From positions 448,001 through 512,000 of the forward strand of contig CAVUWD010000016.1 in assembly GCA_963745025.1 (NCBI GenBank): DNA of 64,000 nt. The letters run 5' to 3'. The notes below the pieces were generated by a model. The model made no database searches and was not told the DNA's origin. It saw only the letters and a list, made by a program, of their open reading frames with translations. Numbering within the stretch: position 1 is the stretch's first letter; each line of letters opens with the position of its first letter. Shown here piece by piece: positions 43,125-52,908 of this stretch. The position numbers and the translations under genes are program-made. The stretch comes from an uncultured delta proteobacterium (GTDB taxonomy: Bacteria > Desulfobacterota > Binatia > JACPRU01).

Positions 43125-43198
43125 CGCTAATTCCGAGCCAGTTCGGTAGCGATCTTCGCCGCGATCATCGATGCCGTGAGGTACGCGAGCTCTCGCAG

Positions 43199-43689
43199 CT
43201 ATTTCTTGTGCTCCCCCTTGTGCTCGTGCTTCTTCGCTGCCCCGGGAGGAGGCAGGCCGATCGAGGCATGATCGAGCACGTAGCGCCAGCCGGAGCCGGT
43301 CTTCGCAATGACTTCCGTAGCGCGGATCTGCGAGGTCGTTGTCTTACCGTCGGGGTCGGTCTGTGTCACTTCCCAGTGACCAACGATCAAGATGTGAGAA
43401 TCGCCGAGCGGCATCCCCTCGAGCGACTTGATGACGGCCTTGGTATTGCTCTTTGCGTCGCAGAGACCGGGGATGAGCTTCTCGATCGCAGCCTTCCCCT
43501 TGGCCTCTTCCCCTGCTCCCGGCCACACGACGACCGCGTCATCCGCATATAGGGCGAGGACAGCGTTCACGTCGCCCGCCTCGCCGCTTTGGAAAAGGCT
43601 TCGTCATGCGCTCTGGCATCCGCCGTGGGGTCCGCGAAGGCCGGGGCTGCAAGCGCAAGTACCAGTGCTACCGCACTCCAGTTCCGCAT
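43199..43689 (-). CDS. Secreted NTF2/SnoaL-like (DUF4440) protein, frameshift near 43575
   Basis: Signal peptide [19 protein letters not shown]; [16 protein letters not shown]. Confidence 0.7.
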
Positions 43690-43789
43690 GTTCGTCTCCT
43701 CCTCGGAGGTTTCTCCCACGACCGCGCCGACACGGTCAAGCAACGACCGAGAGCTGCGGAGCGAAGGCACGGGATGTCTTGGATCCACG

Positions 43790-44311
43790 GCAGCACCACG
43801 CGGTAGACGTCGATCGGCACGCGAATGTTCTTCAGCTCCGGCTGCCCGAGTCGAACGAGTGGCTCCTCGATCTTGTTGCGAATCTGATCGAACACAGGAC
43901 CGGAGATGCAGATTCCCCCGGCTCCGCCAGGGGTTCGGGGCGGGCGGCGATGTTCACGCCGTCGCCGAAGACGTCGCCGTCGCGCACCTCCACGTCACCG
44001 AGATGGAGGCCGATGCGCACCTGGATGCGCCGCTCGGCTGCCTCGGATGAATTGCGCTGGACGAGCGCCTTCTGAATCCCGATGGCGCAGCGCGCCGCCT
44101 GCAAGGCGCTGGCGAACACCACCAGGAACCCGTCGCCGGTCTCCTTGACTTCGCGACCTCCGTACTGCGCAAAGATCGGCCGCAGCAGTTGGCGTTGCTC
44201 GCGGAGGAGAGCCAGCGCCAGCGCTTCGTCGCGCTGGGTCAGCGCGCTGTAGCCGACCATGTCGGTGAACATGATTGCGGCCAGCTTCCGGTGTTCCTCT
44301 TCGTCGGACAT
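43790..44311 (-). pseudogene. Class III adenylate cyclase domain, truncated and frameshifted
   Basis: [33 protein letters not shown], then [13 protein letters not shown]. Confidence 0.85.
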
Positions 44312-44439
44312 GCGGTGGCTCGTGTTCCTACCACTTGCCCGTGCCCGGTGTCGAAACCGGTGCGTAGGCGCGGGGCGCAGTCGGAGTGTCGACGAGTCGA
44401 AAACCGGGTTGGGGACTTCGACTTTCGACTAGACTGTGG

Positions 44440-44514
44440 TCAAAACGCCTTCTGCACCTCGGGTGGTGCAGCGTCGTAGTCGCGTTGAAAGTGGCTCGTC
44501 AGGCGGTAGCGCAC
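44440..44514 (-). pseudogene. Truncated RelE/ParE-like toxin
   Basis: VRYRLTSHFQRDYDAAPPEVQKAF* directly after the RHH gene. Confidence 0.55.
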
Positions 44515-44523
44515 GGCGGCGCA

Positions 44524-44811
44524 TTATGAGCGCGAGCGGCGCGCCTTGCGGCGCTGCCCGGCCATCCAGCGCTGCCCTTCCTCGACGGTCTCGAAAGTAG
44601 GGGACAGGCCCTTGCCGGCTTTGGCGTCGAGGTACGCTTGCCGGCCGGCTTCCTCGATGTCGGGTTGTGCCTGGAGGTAGAAGCGCAGGGCGTCGCGCAC
44701 CAGCTCACTCCGGCTGCGGTGGGCGGCTTTGCTGCGGCGATCGACCTGCTTCATCATCGGCACGGGCAGCGAGACGGTGACAACGGCGGTGGTTTGAGGA
44801 TTGCGTGGCAT
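44524..44811 (-). CDS. CopG/RHH antitoxin
   Basis: VTVSLP...VD......SRSELVRDALRFYL. Confidence 0.8.
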   Translation of the reverse strand: MPRNPQTTAVVTVSLPVPMMKQVDRRSKAAHRSRSELVRDALRFYLQAQPDIEEAGRQAYLDAKAGKGLSPTFETVEEGQRWMAGQRRKARRSRS

Positions 44812-45081
44812 AGGGTTATGAACCTTTATTAAGTGAGCTTACCACGGTCGGCTGGGGGCGTCAACTTTGAGAGATGGGGCGACAGACGCGTACACCGATT
44901 TTGAATTGACACGCGTTGCGCGAGCTGCGCAACCTCATCGGGCGGCTGGTGATGATGACGCGCAGCGAGACGATCGGCGTCGCTTCGAAGCGAGTGATGA
45001 TCGACGAGGAGTCGTTGGCGCCGAACGGCGCGGTCCGCATGGTCCTCTGACCCGACGCGGCCGCCGCCTTTGAGGGAGCCC

Positions 45082-45879
45082 ATGTACGAAACTCTCGACG
45101 TTCACGGCGAAGACCGCGTGCTCTGGGTCGCGCTCAACCGCCCGGAGCGGCTGAACGCGCTGAATGCGCGGATGATCGAGGAGCTCGGGTCGTTGTTCGA
45201 CGCCTTGCCGGACGACCGCGAGACGCGCGTGGTGATCCTGCGCGGCGCCGGCAGGGCGTTCTGCTCCGGCTGGGACCTGCGGGACGAGTCGGCCGGGGGC
45301 GGCCTCACCGGTCCGGTCGACGCGGCGCTGGGCCTCCAGCGCCGCTTCAGCAGCGTGATCGTGCGCATGCGGCGAGTGCCGCAGCCGATCCTCGCGTGCG
45401 TGCACGGCGCGGCGACAGGCGGCGGGCTTTCGGTCGCGCTCGGCGCGGACGTGCGCATCGCGGGCGAGTCCGCGCGCATGAACTGCGCGTACATCCGCGT
45501 CGGCTTGGGCGGCTGCGACGCGGGATCGAGCTACTTCCTGCCGCGCATCGTCGGCGCCTCCGTGGCGGCCGAGCTCATTCTCACCGGCAACTTCATCGAC
45601 GCGGCGCGCGCGGAGCGGGTCGGGTTGGTGTCCCGGGTCGTTCCCGACGCGGAGCTCGAACCGGCGGCTCGAGCGCTCGCCCAAGACATCGTGCGGAACT
45701 CCCCGCTCGGCGTTCGACTCACCAAGGAATGCCTGAACGTCTCGATCGACGCGCCGAGCCTCGAAGCCGTGGTGGCGATGGAAGACCGCAATCAGATCCT
45801 CGCCGCCCAGTCGGGAGACTTTCGCGAGGGCCTGGCGGCATTCATGGAGAAGCGCCCGCCTCGCTACCGCGACGGCTGA
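45082..45879 (+). CDS. Enoyl-CoA hydratase/isomerase
   Basis: LNRPERLNAL, AFCSGWDL, GGGLSVAL and AFMEKRPP motifs. Confidence 0.92.
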   Translation: MYETLDVHGEDRVLWVALNRPERLNALNARMIEELGSLFDALPDDRETRVVILRGAGRAFCSGWDLRDESAGGGLTGPVDAALGLQRRFSSVIVRMRRVPQPILACVHGAATGGGLSVALGADVRIAGESARMNCAYIRVGLGGCDAGSSYFLPRIVGASVAAELILTGNFIDAARAERVGLVSRVVPDAELEPAARALAQDIVRNSPLGVRLTKECLNVSIDAPSLEAVVAMEDRNQILAAQSGDFREGLAAFMEKRPPRYRDG

Positions 45880-45969
45880 ACGCGGAGCTGAGCCCGAGGA
45901 GGCAGTTCGCATCCTCGAGGAGCTCGCCAGGGCGAGGAATCAGGAGTAGACGAGGGGCAAGGCGGAGTG

Positions 45970-46377
45970 ATGACCGAGGCGGAGATTGCGACCTTCCACG
46001 ACAGTTTTCAACGGTGCATGGCGACGGGCCGGCGCTTCTTCGACGTTTTCTACGATCATTTCCTGAAATCATCGCCAGAGATTGCTGCGAAGTTTCAAAG
46101 AACCGATCTCAAGCGGCAGAAGCAGAAGCTAAAACTCTCACTCCACATGATGGTGGGCGCGTTGGTGCTCCACTCTGCGGATTACTCGATGTTAGCGTAC
46201 GTCGCGGAGCGCCACGCCCACACCAACTGGGATATCCCGCCAAATCTCTATCAGTTCTGGCTCGATTCGTTGATCTTCGCCGCGAAGATCTGCGATCCGT
46301 CCTTCGATGCCGAGACGGAGAAGAACTGGAGAACGGCGATGCAGCCGGGAATCGACTACATCGTATCGCTCTACTAA
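45970..46377 (+). CDS. Single-domain globin
   Basis: FFDVFYDHFL..SPEI..KF..TD..RQ, proximal H in AERH, Y..W..SL. Confidence 0.8.
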   Translation: MTEAEIATFHDSFQRCMATGRRFFDVFYDHFLKSSPEIAAKFQRTDLKRQKQKLKLSLHMMVGALVLHSADYSMLAYVAERHAHTNWDIPPNLYQFWLDSLIFAAKICDPSFDAETEKNWRTAMQPGIDYIVSLY

Positions 46378-46489
46378 CGGCGTCTCTTTTCAAAGAGACC
46401 CAATACCTGCCGCGACTTCGGCCTTGCAATCGGGTGCCATGCATTGATGCGGGAAAACTCTTTGGACACTGGGCGAAAGGAGGCCACAG

Positions 46490-46858
46490 ATGGCACTAGG
46501 TAAAGAGATCGGCGATTTTACGTTCAAACAGACATCCGCGACCTACGCGGAAGACGGTGGTAGCGTAAGCGTCAACTTCGATGGCACCGCCACGCGTTTC
46601 GGAACCGTCTTGGGCACACTGATCGCCCGTGGCGAGCCCGGGGCAAAGCAGGGCACATGCAGCTGGCGGGGACAGGGTTTTCTGGAGAACGGCGACAACG
46701 TGGTCGGCTTGGGCGAAGGGACGTGGCAGGAGACCGGAAAGCACCAATGGCGGATTCGGATGATCAACCAAACTTCGGACGGCCAGATTTTCGCCGCAGA
46801 TAGGCGGCTGGACCTCGCGACGCGCTCGTTCTCCGGCAAGCTCATTGAGTGGAGTTAG
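46490..46858 (+). CDS. Hypothetical beta-rich protein
   Basis: AAAGGAGG RBS; 122 aa ORF with no recognised motif. Confidence 0.6.
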   Translation: MALGKEIGDFTFKQTSATYAEDGGSVSVNFDGTATRFGTVLGTLIARGEPGAKQGTCSWRGQGFLENGDNVVGLGEGTWQETGKHQWRIRMINQTSDGQIFAADRRLDLATRSFSGKLIEWS

Positions 46859-46874
46859 ACCCGGGTTTTTGACT

Positions 46875-47145
46875 CTCGCGGGCCGCGCACTGTCGCCGCA
46901 GATTCTGGAGCTGCGCGGACGTCTGGCCGCCGCGCTCGGTGACGCGCCGGCTTCCGACCTGACGCTGCGACGGGCGCTGGATCTCCACCGCGCCATCGGC
47001 GCCATGGGGCACGCCGAGCGGCTGGCGCGGGAGATCGGCGCATGAAGTGCGCGAGGAGCGGTAGCCAGAGCCCCGAGCGCGCGAAGTTCTGCCTCGAATG
47101 CGGCGCCTCCTTCGCCTCGCGCTGCGCCAGCTGCGGGAGGGCCAC
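46875..47145 (+). pseudogene. Cyclase-STAND junction scrap 1 (3' end plus next 5' zinc ribbon)
   Basis: ..GHAERLAREIGA* overlapping MKCARSG..AKFCLECGA..RCASCG. Confidence 0.85.
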
Positions 47146-47208
47146 TGACCGCAACTTGTGGTACCATACTTCCTCGCTGTTTTACCGACTGGGCCGAAGG
47201 AGCAGTGA

Positions 47209-47448
47209 ATGAGAACGTACAACATGACGGCCGTGATCTGGAAGGAAGCGAGCGCCTACGTCTCGAAATGCCCGGAGACCGGTGTCGCAAGCTGCGGCGA
47301 GACGCCTGAAGAGGCCCTGCGAAATCTCAAGGAGGCCGTCGAGCTGTACCTGGAAAACGCGAAACGCCTAGGGATGCTGCGAGACATCCACGATACCCTC
47401 GCCGCTCCTGGAAAATTCACCACCTCCTTTGCGGCTTCCGTGCGATGA
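47209..47448 (+). CDS. hicB: HicB antitoxin
   Basis: YVSKCPE.GVASCGETPEEALRNLKEAVELYLE. Confidence 0.9.
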   Translation: MRTYNMTAVIWKEASAYVSKCPETGVASCGETPEEALRNLKEAVELYLENAKRLGMLRDIHDTLAAPGKFTTSFAASVR

Positions 47449-47609
47449 GCAAGCTCCCGGGCCTCTCGTCCGACGAGGTCCTCAGGGCGCTGCGGAAGAT
47501 CGGATTCGTCTACGCTCCCAAGCGAGGGAAAGGCAGCCATGCGGCGTTGTATCGAACTGACGCAAGCGGCAAGACGTGGCTGGTGATCGTGCCGAAGCGA
47601 CAGAGCTGA
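47445..47609 (+). pseudogene. hicA: HicA toxin, 3' truncated
   Basis: MSKLPGLSSDEVLRALRKIGF..GKGSH..VIVP, then a frameshift and fusion to a cyclase scrap. Confidence 0.8.
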
Positions 47610-47654
47610 AGCCTGGGAGCGTCGGGACGCCAAGCCCCGCTGGGCCAAGATCCT

Positions 47655-48798
47655 CAGCTCCCGACCCGCGCGCCTACACTCCCAAGCACCTCGCCGAAAA
47701 GATCCTGCAGTCGAAGTCCGCTCTCGAAGGCGAGCGGAAGCAGGTGACGGTGCTGTTCGCCGACGTGAAGGGCTCGATGGATCTGGCCGAGCAGCTCGAC
47801 CCGGAAGATTGGCACGAGATCCTCGACCGCTTCTTCCAGATCCTCACCGACGGGGTGCATCGCTTCGAGGGCACGGTCAACCAGTACACCGGCGACGGCA
47901 TCATGGCGCTGTTCGGCGCGCCGATCGCCCACGAGGATCATGCGCAGCGGGCCTGCTATGCGGCGCTGCATTTGCGGGACGCCGTGCGCGAATACGCCAA
48001 CGAGGTGCGCGCGCGCCACGGCATCCCGTTCGGCGTGCGCATCGGCCTGAACTCGGGCGAGGTGGTGGTCGGCCGGATCGGCGACGATCTGCGCATGGAC
48101 TACACGGCGCAGGGGCATCGGCCTGGCGCAGCGGATGGAGGCGCTCGCCGAATCGGGGCACATCTGTCTCTCGGAGCACACGGCGCGGCTGGTCGAGGGC
48201 TACTTCCAGGTGAAGGACCTGGGACGCACCAGGGTCAAGGGCGTGGACGAGCCGGTCGGGCTCTACGACGGAGTGCCTCGCGAGCGGCGGCGGGCCGCGC
48301 GTCGTTGCCCCGATCCAACCTCCTCCAGGACCCGCGCCGACCACTCCAGCGTCGCCCGGCCGTCGCCTGCGTGGAGGTGTCCAAAGCCTGGGGACGTCCC
48401 AAGCGCCGCGCGCGGTGCCGTGAGAGTGCCGCGATCTCTCGTGATCGCCGCACGGGCCTCGTGATCCTTCCCCAGGTGCTGGCCTTACTTGCGGAGGCAC
48501 ACCTGGCACTCGGGGAGGAGGCCGCACGCATCGCGGCGGAGTGCGACGATCCGAGGGCACAGTACGCCATCACTCGGGACGACTCGTTGTCGAGCTTTTC
48601 GAACGTGCCGAGCACCTGGTCGAGTCGATCGAGGGCCGCTCGCTGTCGCCGCGGATCCTGGAGATGCGCGGGCGCCTGGCCGCCGCGCTCGGCGACGCGC
48701 CGGCTTCCGGCCGGGCGCTGCTACAAGCGCTCGAGCTCTACCGAGCCATCGGTGCAACGGGGCACGCCGAGCGGCTGGCGCGGGAGCTCGGGAGTTAG
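47655..48798 (+). pseudogene. Internally deleted cyclase-STAND gene (cyclase domain plus 3' end copy 2)
   Basis: PDPRAYTPKHLAEKIL..MDYTAQGH near-identical to the 16211 paralog; ATPase missing; ends GHAERLARELGS*. Confidence 0.88.
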
Positions 48799-49037
48799 GC
48801 GGTCGGGTTCAGAGGCCTCGAGGCGACGCGGCGACCCGCCGGTTACAGGCGCGTATCTACATAACGTATGTACGGAGAGAAGGGGAGGCGATGAGCGGAC
48901 GGGCCAAGCAGCGCCGATGGAGCCGGGCCTTCATCGAGCTGGCTGGCGCAACGCCCGACTTCCAACGCGGTACGATCATCAGCCCCAACGACCTCAAGAT
49001 CGCGGCGCATGTGCTGTCCTTGGACCTCGTGCTGGTA
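48799..49037 (+). pseudogene. Doubly deleted copy of the vapBC operon at 51288-52022
   Basis: Same leader and operator; vapB start joined to RRWS.AFIELAGATPDF, then joined to vapC DL.IAAH.LSLDLVLV. Confidence 0.85.
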
Positions 49038-49174
49038 CTGGCACCACACCCCAGCGTCGCTTCGCTCCGATCATGATCACTCGGCATGACTGATCACGAT
49101 CCCCGGAACAGATGATCACGATGGGCGGAATGCGCACGTCGTGCACCCGACGCTTCCCAAGTCGATCGACGGCC

Positions 49175-49489
49175 TCAGGCCGCCTTCGTCTTCGCTAGCG
49201 GCCGGATCTCTTGCTCGATGCGATCGAGGAGCGCGTCTTCGGCGCTCTCGAGATCGTAGGCCGCCTGCGCGTTCATCCAAAACTCCGGGGTCGTGCCGAA
49301 ATAGCGCGCGAGCCGAAGCGCCGTGTCGGACGTGATGCCGCGCCGGCCGTGCACGATATCGCCGATCCGCGTAACCGGCACGTGCAGATCCATCGCGAGC
49401 CTGTTCATCGTGATCCCCAGAGGCTTCAAAAACTCCTCCAGCAGGATCTCGCCGGGATGGATCGGGGCAAGCTTCCTTCTCTTGGCCAT
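49175..49489 (-). CDS. higA: HigA antitoxin
   Basis: PIHPGEILLEEFL..TALRLARYFGTTPEFWMN.Q..YDL. Confidence 0.95.
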   Translation of the reverse strand: MAKRRKLAPIHPGEILLEEFLKPLGITMNRLAMDLHVPVTRIGDIVHGRRGITSDTALRLARYFGTTPEFWMNAQAAYDLESAEDALLDRIEQEIRPLAKTKAA

Positions 49490-49504
49490 GCGCTGTTCCT
49501 CCTT

Positions 49505-49783
49505 CTAGTGATAGTCGACGATCTCGACGTCGTAGGCGTCTCCATCGCGCCACACGAAGCAGAGTCTCCATTGGTCGTTCACCCGGATGCTATGCTGCCC
49601 TCGTCGATCGCCCTTTAACGCTTCGAGTCGATTAGCGGGCGGTGCCGCCAGGTCCTTCAATTCCTTCGCGATATGAAGCAGCCGAAGCTTTCGCAGAGCA
49701 ACCCGCTCGATCGCAGCGAATTGTCGGCTCCGCTCGCGGTGGAAGAAACTCTCGGTTTTTCCATCGCCGAAGCTCTTGATCAC
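49505..49783 (-). CDS. higB: HigB toxin
   Basis: MIKSF..NRLEALKGDRRGQHSIRVNDQWRLCF..EIVDYH. Confidence 0.95.
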   Translation of the reverse strand: MIKSFGDGKTESFFHRERSRQFAAIERVALRKLRLLHIAKELKDLAAPPANRLEALKGDRRGQHSIRVNDQWRLCFVWRDGDAYDVEIVDYH

Positions 49784-49795
49784 TACTGAGGTTCA

Positions 49796-49820
49796 TATAC
49801 TGTAATCCAGTATACGTCAA
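49796..49820 (-). promoter_or_regulatory. higBA promoter/operator
   Basis: TATACTG-N5-CAGTATA palindrome adjacent to a minus-strand TTGACG. Confidence 0.6.
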
Positions 49821-49915
49821 CCAGGGGATCCGCGCAGGAGGTCCGCGGCCGGGACGGCCGGCGGTTCCCAACCTCAGAGCGGAAGAGATAGGTTCGTAGG
49901 CTCGGAGGCAGGACG

Positions 49916-50152
49916 GTGCGGTGTGCGGCGTGCGGGTCTGAGAACCCAGCGGAAGCGAACTTCTGCAACGGCTGCGGCGCGGCCCTATCCGCTCACTGCG
50001 TCGCGCGCGGAGCGGACAACCCGGCCGGATCGCGCTTCTGCAACCACTGCGGGGGTTCGCTGGTCGGCGGAGGCAGCGATGCGGTCCTCGAGGTCCTGGT
50101 CGACACGGCAGATTTGAAGGACGCGAACGCCCTGCTCAAAGGGCTTTCGTGA
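49916..50152 (+). pseudogene. Zinc ribbon fused directly to a cyclase-STAND C-terminal tail
   Basis: MRCAACGSENP..FCNGCG..FCNHCG, then DTADLKDANALL. Confidence 0.75.
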
Positions 50153-50176
50153 CAACGTTCGACAACGATGTTCGGG

Positions 50177-50560
50177 TCATCTTGCTTCCCCGGCAAAGAG
50201 AACGAGATCCGGGATGTCACGATAGTGGCGCCAGTTTCGCGTAACCAAGGGAAGGCGCTTGACCAGCGCCGCGGCCGCAATCAGGGCATCTTCTTTGGGT
50301 AGGTTGCGATGCGCGCTCCGCAGCGACGAATAGCGCTCCGCGATTCGCCCGTCGAGCCGCACCAGCCGATGCCGTCTGAGCACCTCAAGGATGGCCTCTC
50401 GCTCTCGAGATCGGAGTCCCCGTTTGGCGAGCAACTCCCTACGAGTCACCGCCGTATAGTAGATGACGAAGCGGCTGGCCTCCATGATCGAAGCGAAGCG
50501 TCCGCTATTGAGATAGTCGATGAGGACATCGGTATCTACGAGGAGCCCGATTTTTGCCAC
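50177..50560 (-). CDS. VapC/PIN toxin
   Basis: VDTDVLIDYL, E, DALIAAAA and VTRN.RHY motifs. Confidence 0.9.
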   Translation of the reverse strand: MAKIGLLVDTDVLIDYLNSGRFASIMEASRFVIYYTAVTRRELLAKRGLRSREREAILEVLRRHRLVRLDGRIAERYSSLRSAHRNLPKEDALIAAAALVKRLPLVTRNWRHYRDIPDLVLFAGEAR

Positions 50561-50805
50561 CGCCGGATCTCCTCGAGAAAAGCTTCGTCGGTTTTCTTGT
50601 CGGAGCTCCGCCGGAGCGCTCGAACGTAAGCCACGCTATCGAGGACATCCGTGTGGCCATAAGGATTGAACTTCTCGCGCACCATCTCTTCGAGGATCGC
50701 CACGGGATACACCCCGCGCCTTCTCGCGGCGCGGATCACGAGTCGCTTGAGGTTCGAGTCGAACGACAGCGTCCACTTGTCCTTCGTGAGAGACGTCTTA
50801 GGCAT
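50536..50805 (-). CDS. Putative antitoxin (RHH-like)
   Basis: Small ORF overlapping the PIN start; beta-alpha-alpha N-terminus (KWTLSFD..LKR..IRAA). Confidence 0.65.
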   Translation of the reverse strand: MPKTSLTKDKWTLSFDSNLKRLVIRAARRRGVYPVAILEEMVREKFNPYGHTDVLDSVAYVRALRRSSDKKTDEAFLEEIRRWQKSGSS

Positions 50806-50859
50806 CGCGTGGCTCCGTACGTGTGAAATACGTATCATGAGAGCGGCGGAACTTCTACG

Positions 50860-51287
50860 ATGAAGTGCTCACGGGGCGCGCATACCTTCCCCAGGTGCTG
50901 GCCGTACTCGCGGAGGCGTATCTGGCATTTGGCGAACGGACCGAGGCCTTGGCGACGGCGCGCGAGGCCGTCGATCTGGGACGCGGCGGCGGTTGCCGCT
51001 ACTTCGAAGCGCACGCGCAGCTCGCGCTGGCCGGGGCCCTGCTGGCAACGGACGGCGTCGTGCCACGAACGGAAATCGAGGCCGCCCTCGAACGCGCCGA
51101 GTACCTGGTCGAGTCGATCGAAGACCGCTCGCTGTCGCCGCGGATCCTGGAGATGCGCGGGCGCCTAGCTTCCGCGCTCGGTGACGCGCCGGCTTCCGAC
51201 CGGGCGCTGCGGCAAGCGCTGGATCTCTACCGCACCATCGGCGCCACCGGGCACGCCGAGCGGCTGGCGCGGGAGATCGAGTGTTAG
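50860..51287 (+). pseudogene. Cyclase-STAND scrap (MKCS start fused to 3' end copy 3)
   Basis: ATGAAGTGCTC start identical to 16211, then the last ~135 codons ending GHAERLAREIEC*. Confidence 0.85.
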
Positions 51288-51340
51288 GCTGCCGGGTTCA
51301 GAGGATCGAGGCGACCCTGCGACCCGCCGGTTGCAGGCAC

Positions 51341-51361
51341 GTATCTACATAACGTATATAC
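51341..51361 (+). promoter_or_regulatory. vapBC operator
   Basis: GTATCTAC-N5-GTATATAC imperfect palindrome; a variant also occurs near 48852-48872. Confidence 0.55.
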
Positions 51362-51381
51362 GGAGCAGAAGGAGGAGGGAG

Positions 51382-51618
51382 ATGAGCGAACGGGCCAAGC
51401 TTTTCATGAGCGGCGGGAGTCAGGCGGTTCGCCTCCCGAGAGCCTACCGCTTCGAGAACCAGAAAGAAGTGTTGATCTCACGAAAGGGTCAGCAAGTGAT
51501 CTTGGAACCAAAGCGGCGCCGATGGAGCCCGGCCTTCATCGAGTTGGCTGGCGCAACGCCCGACTTCCCGTATCCGGACGAACCACCCCCAAGCGACCAC
51601 GGCCCTGACTTTGAATGA
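51382..51618 (+). CDS. vapB: AbrB-type VapB antitoxin
   Basis: AKLFMSGGSQAVRLPRAYRF. Confidence 0.93.
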   Translation: MSERAKLFMSGGSQAVRLPRAYRFENQKEVLISRKGQQVILEPKRRRWSPAFIELAGATPDFPYPDEPPPSDHGPDFE

Positions 51619-52022
51619 AGTACCTCCTCGATACGAATGCGTGCGTCGACTATCTGAACGGCCGCTTTCCGAGATTGACGGAGCGAATTCAGCAATCGGC
51701 GCCGAGCGATCTGGCTGTCAGCTCCGTCGCCGTTGCCGAGTTGAGATACGGTGCCGAGAAGAGCAGTCAGCGACAGCGGAATCACGAGCGACTCGACGTG
51801 TTTTTTGGCGACGTTCCCTGCGTCGACTTCGACAGCGGCGCCGCGTTGGTCTACGGCCGCGTCCGCGCGGTCTTGGAACGACGCGGTGTGGTCATCGGCC
51901 CCTACGACCTCCAGATCGCGGCGCATGCGCTGTCCTTGGACCTCGTGCTGGTCAGCGACAACGTCCGCGAGTTCCGGCGGGTTGAAGGCCTGAAGGTCGA
52001 GAACTGGCGGCGCCGGCGGTGA
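51615..52022 (+). CDS. vapC: VapC toxin
   Basis: YLLDTN, AELRYGAEKS, GPYDLQIAAHA and DNVREF.RV.GLKVENW motifs. Confidence 0.95.
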   Translation: MKYLLDTNACVDYLNGRFPRLTERIQQSAPSDLAVSSVAVAELRYGAEKSSQRQRNHERLDVFFGDVPCVDFDSGAALVYGRVRAVLERRGVVIGPYDLQIAAHALSLDLVLVSDNVREFRRVEGLKVENWRRRR

Positions 52023-52051
52023 GCGAAGCCTCGCTCGCAAACCGAGCGCGA

Positions 52052-52760
52052 ATGGATTGCGGTAGTTGTGGAGTAGAGATCCTACCGGATTCGCTTTTCT
52101 GCACGGCATGCGGTGCGAAGATCGAGATCCAGTGCAGCGCTTGCTCGGCCCGTAACCCGCCTGGCGCGAGGTTCTGCCGAAAATGCGGCAGCACCCTGGG
52201 CGCCGACGTTCAGGTCGCAGATAGGCACCCCGAGCCGCGACCCCCGAGCCGCGGAGCTACACCCCCAAGCACCTCGCCGAGAAGCGGCGGTGATCGGCAA
52301 GGACTTCACCGAGCCGATTCTGCAGCGTGTCGTCAGTGAGGTCGGCCGGTCGCCCCTCCCGAGCGCAGCTCGCACTGGAAGCGGCCCTGCTGGCGACGGA
52401 CGGCGTCGTGCCCCGCGCGAAGATCGAGTCCGCCCTCGAGCGCGCCGAGTACCTGGTCGAGTCGGTCGCGGGCCGCTCGCTGTCGCCGCGGATTCTGGAG
52501 ATGCGCGGGCGCCTGGCAGCCGCGCTCGGCGACGTGCCGGCTTCCGACCGGGCGCTGCGGCAGGCGCTGGAGCTCTACTGCGCCATCGGCGCCACCGGAA
52601 ACGCCGAGCGGCTGGCGCGGGAGCTCGGCGCATGAAGTGCGCGAACAGCGGTAGCCGGAGCCCCGAACCGCGCGAAAGATTCTGCCGCCGGCAAACGCCT
52701 GAACGGGTAGAGTGCGGAGAAGCATTCGCCGTGCGCTCGCCCTCGCTGCAGCCCGGAGCC
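52052..52760 (+). pseudogene. Collapsed cyclase-STAND gene (zinc ribbon / YTPKHLAEK / AAVIGKDFTEPIL / 3' end copy 4) plus the next MKCA start
   Basis: Four collinear pieces of a ~3.4 kb gene within ~580 bp, then GCATGAAGTGCGCG as at 47040. Confidence 0.85.
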
Positions 52761-52879
52761 CCGGCAGGCGCGAGTTTGCCTTCCCTGACGTCTTTCGTTC
52801 CGCTGCGCGGGCCGGTGCAAGCGAACCTGTGCGAACCTGTGCGAGATTGACATGCAGAGCCATGAGCCCTTAGGAGATC

Positions 52880-52895
52880 TGGTCAAGGTTGACCA
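52880..52895. promoter_or_regulatory. Operator palindrome upstream of phd
   Basis: TGGTCAA-GG-TTGACCA; TTGACA at 52847. Confidence 0.55.
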
Positions 52896-52908
52896 ACTGG
52901 AGGCTGCG

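Noticed and set aside
46854-51290. GTTRRRY motifs (GTTAGAC at ~46854, GTTAGGC at ~48794 and ~51283) as integron attC cores
   Set aside because: No upstream RYYYAAC with a matching hairpin and no intI gene; the motifs simply contain TAG stop codons.
51341-51370. TATCTACATAA-CGTATA as a second dif-like site
   Set aside because: The right arm lacks TTAT; it is better explained as a palindromic VapB operator.
46875-52690. CRISPR array or DGR template/variable repeats
   Set aside because: The repeats are ~165 bp coding remnants kilobases apart; there is no cas or reverse transcriptase gene, and the differences are not adenine-specific.
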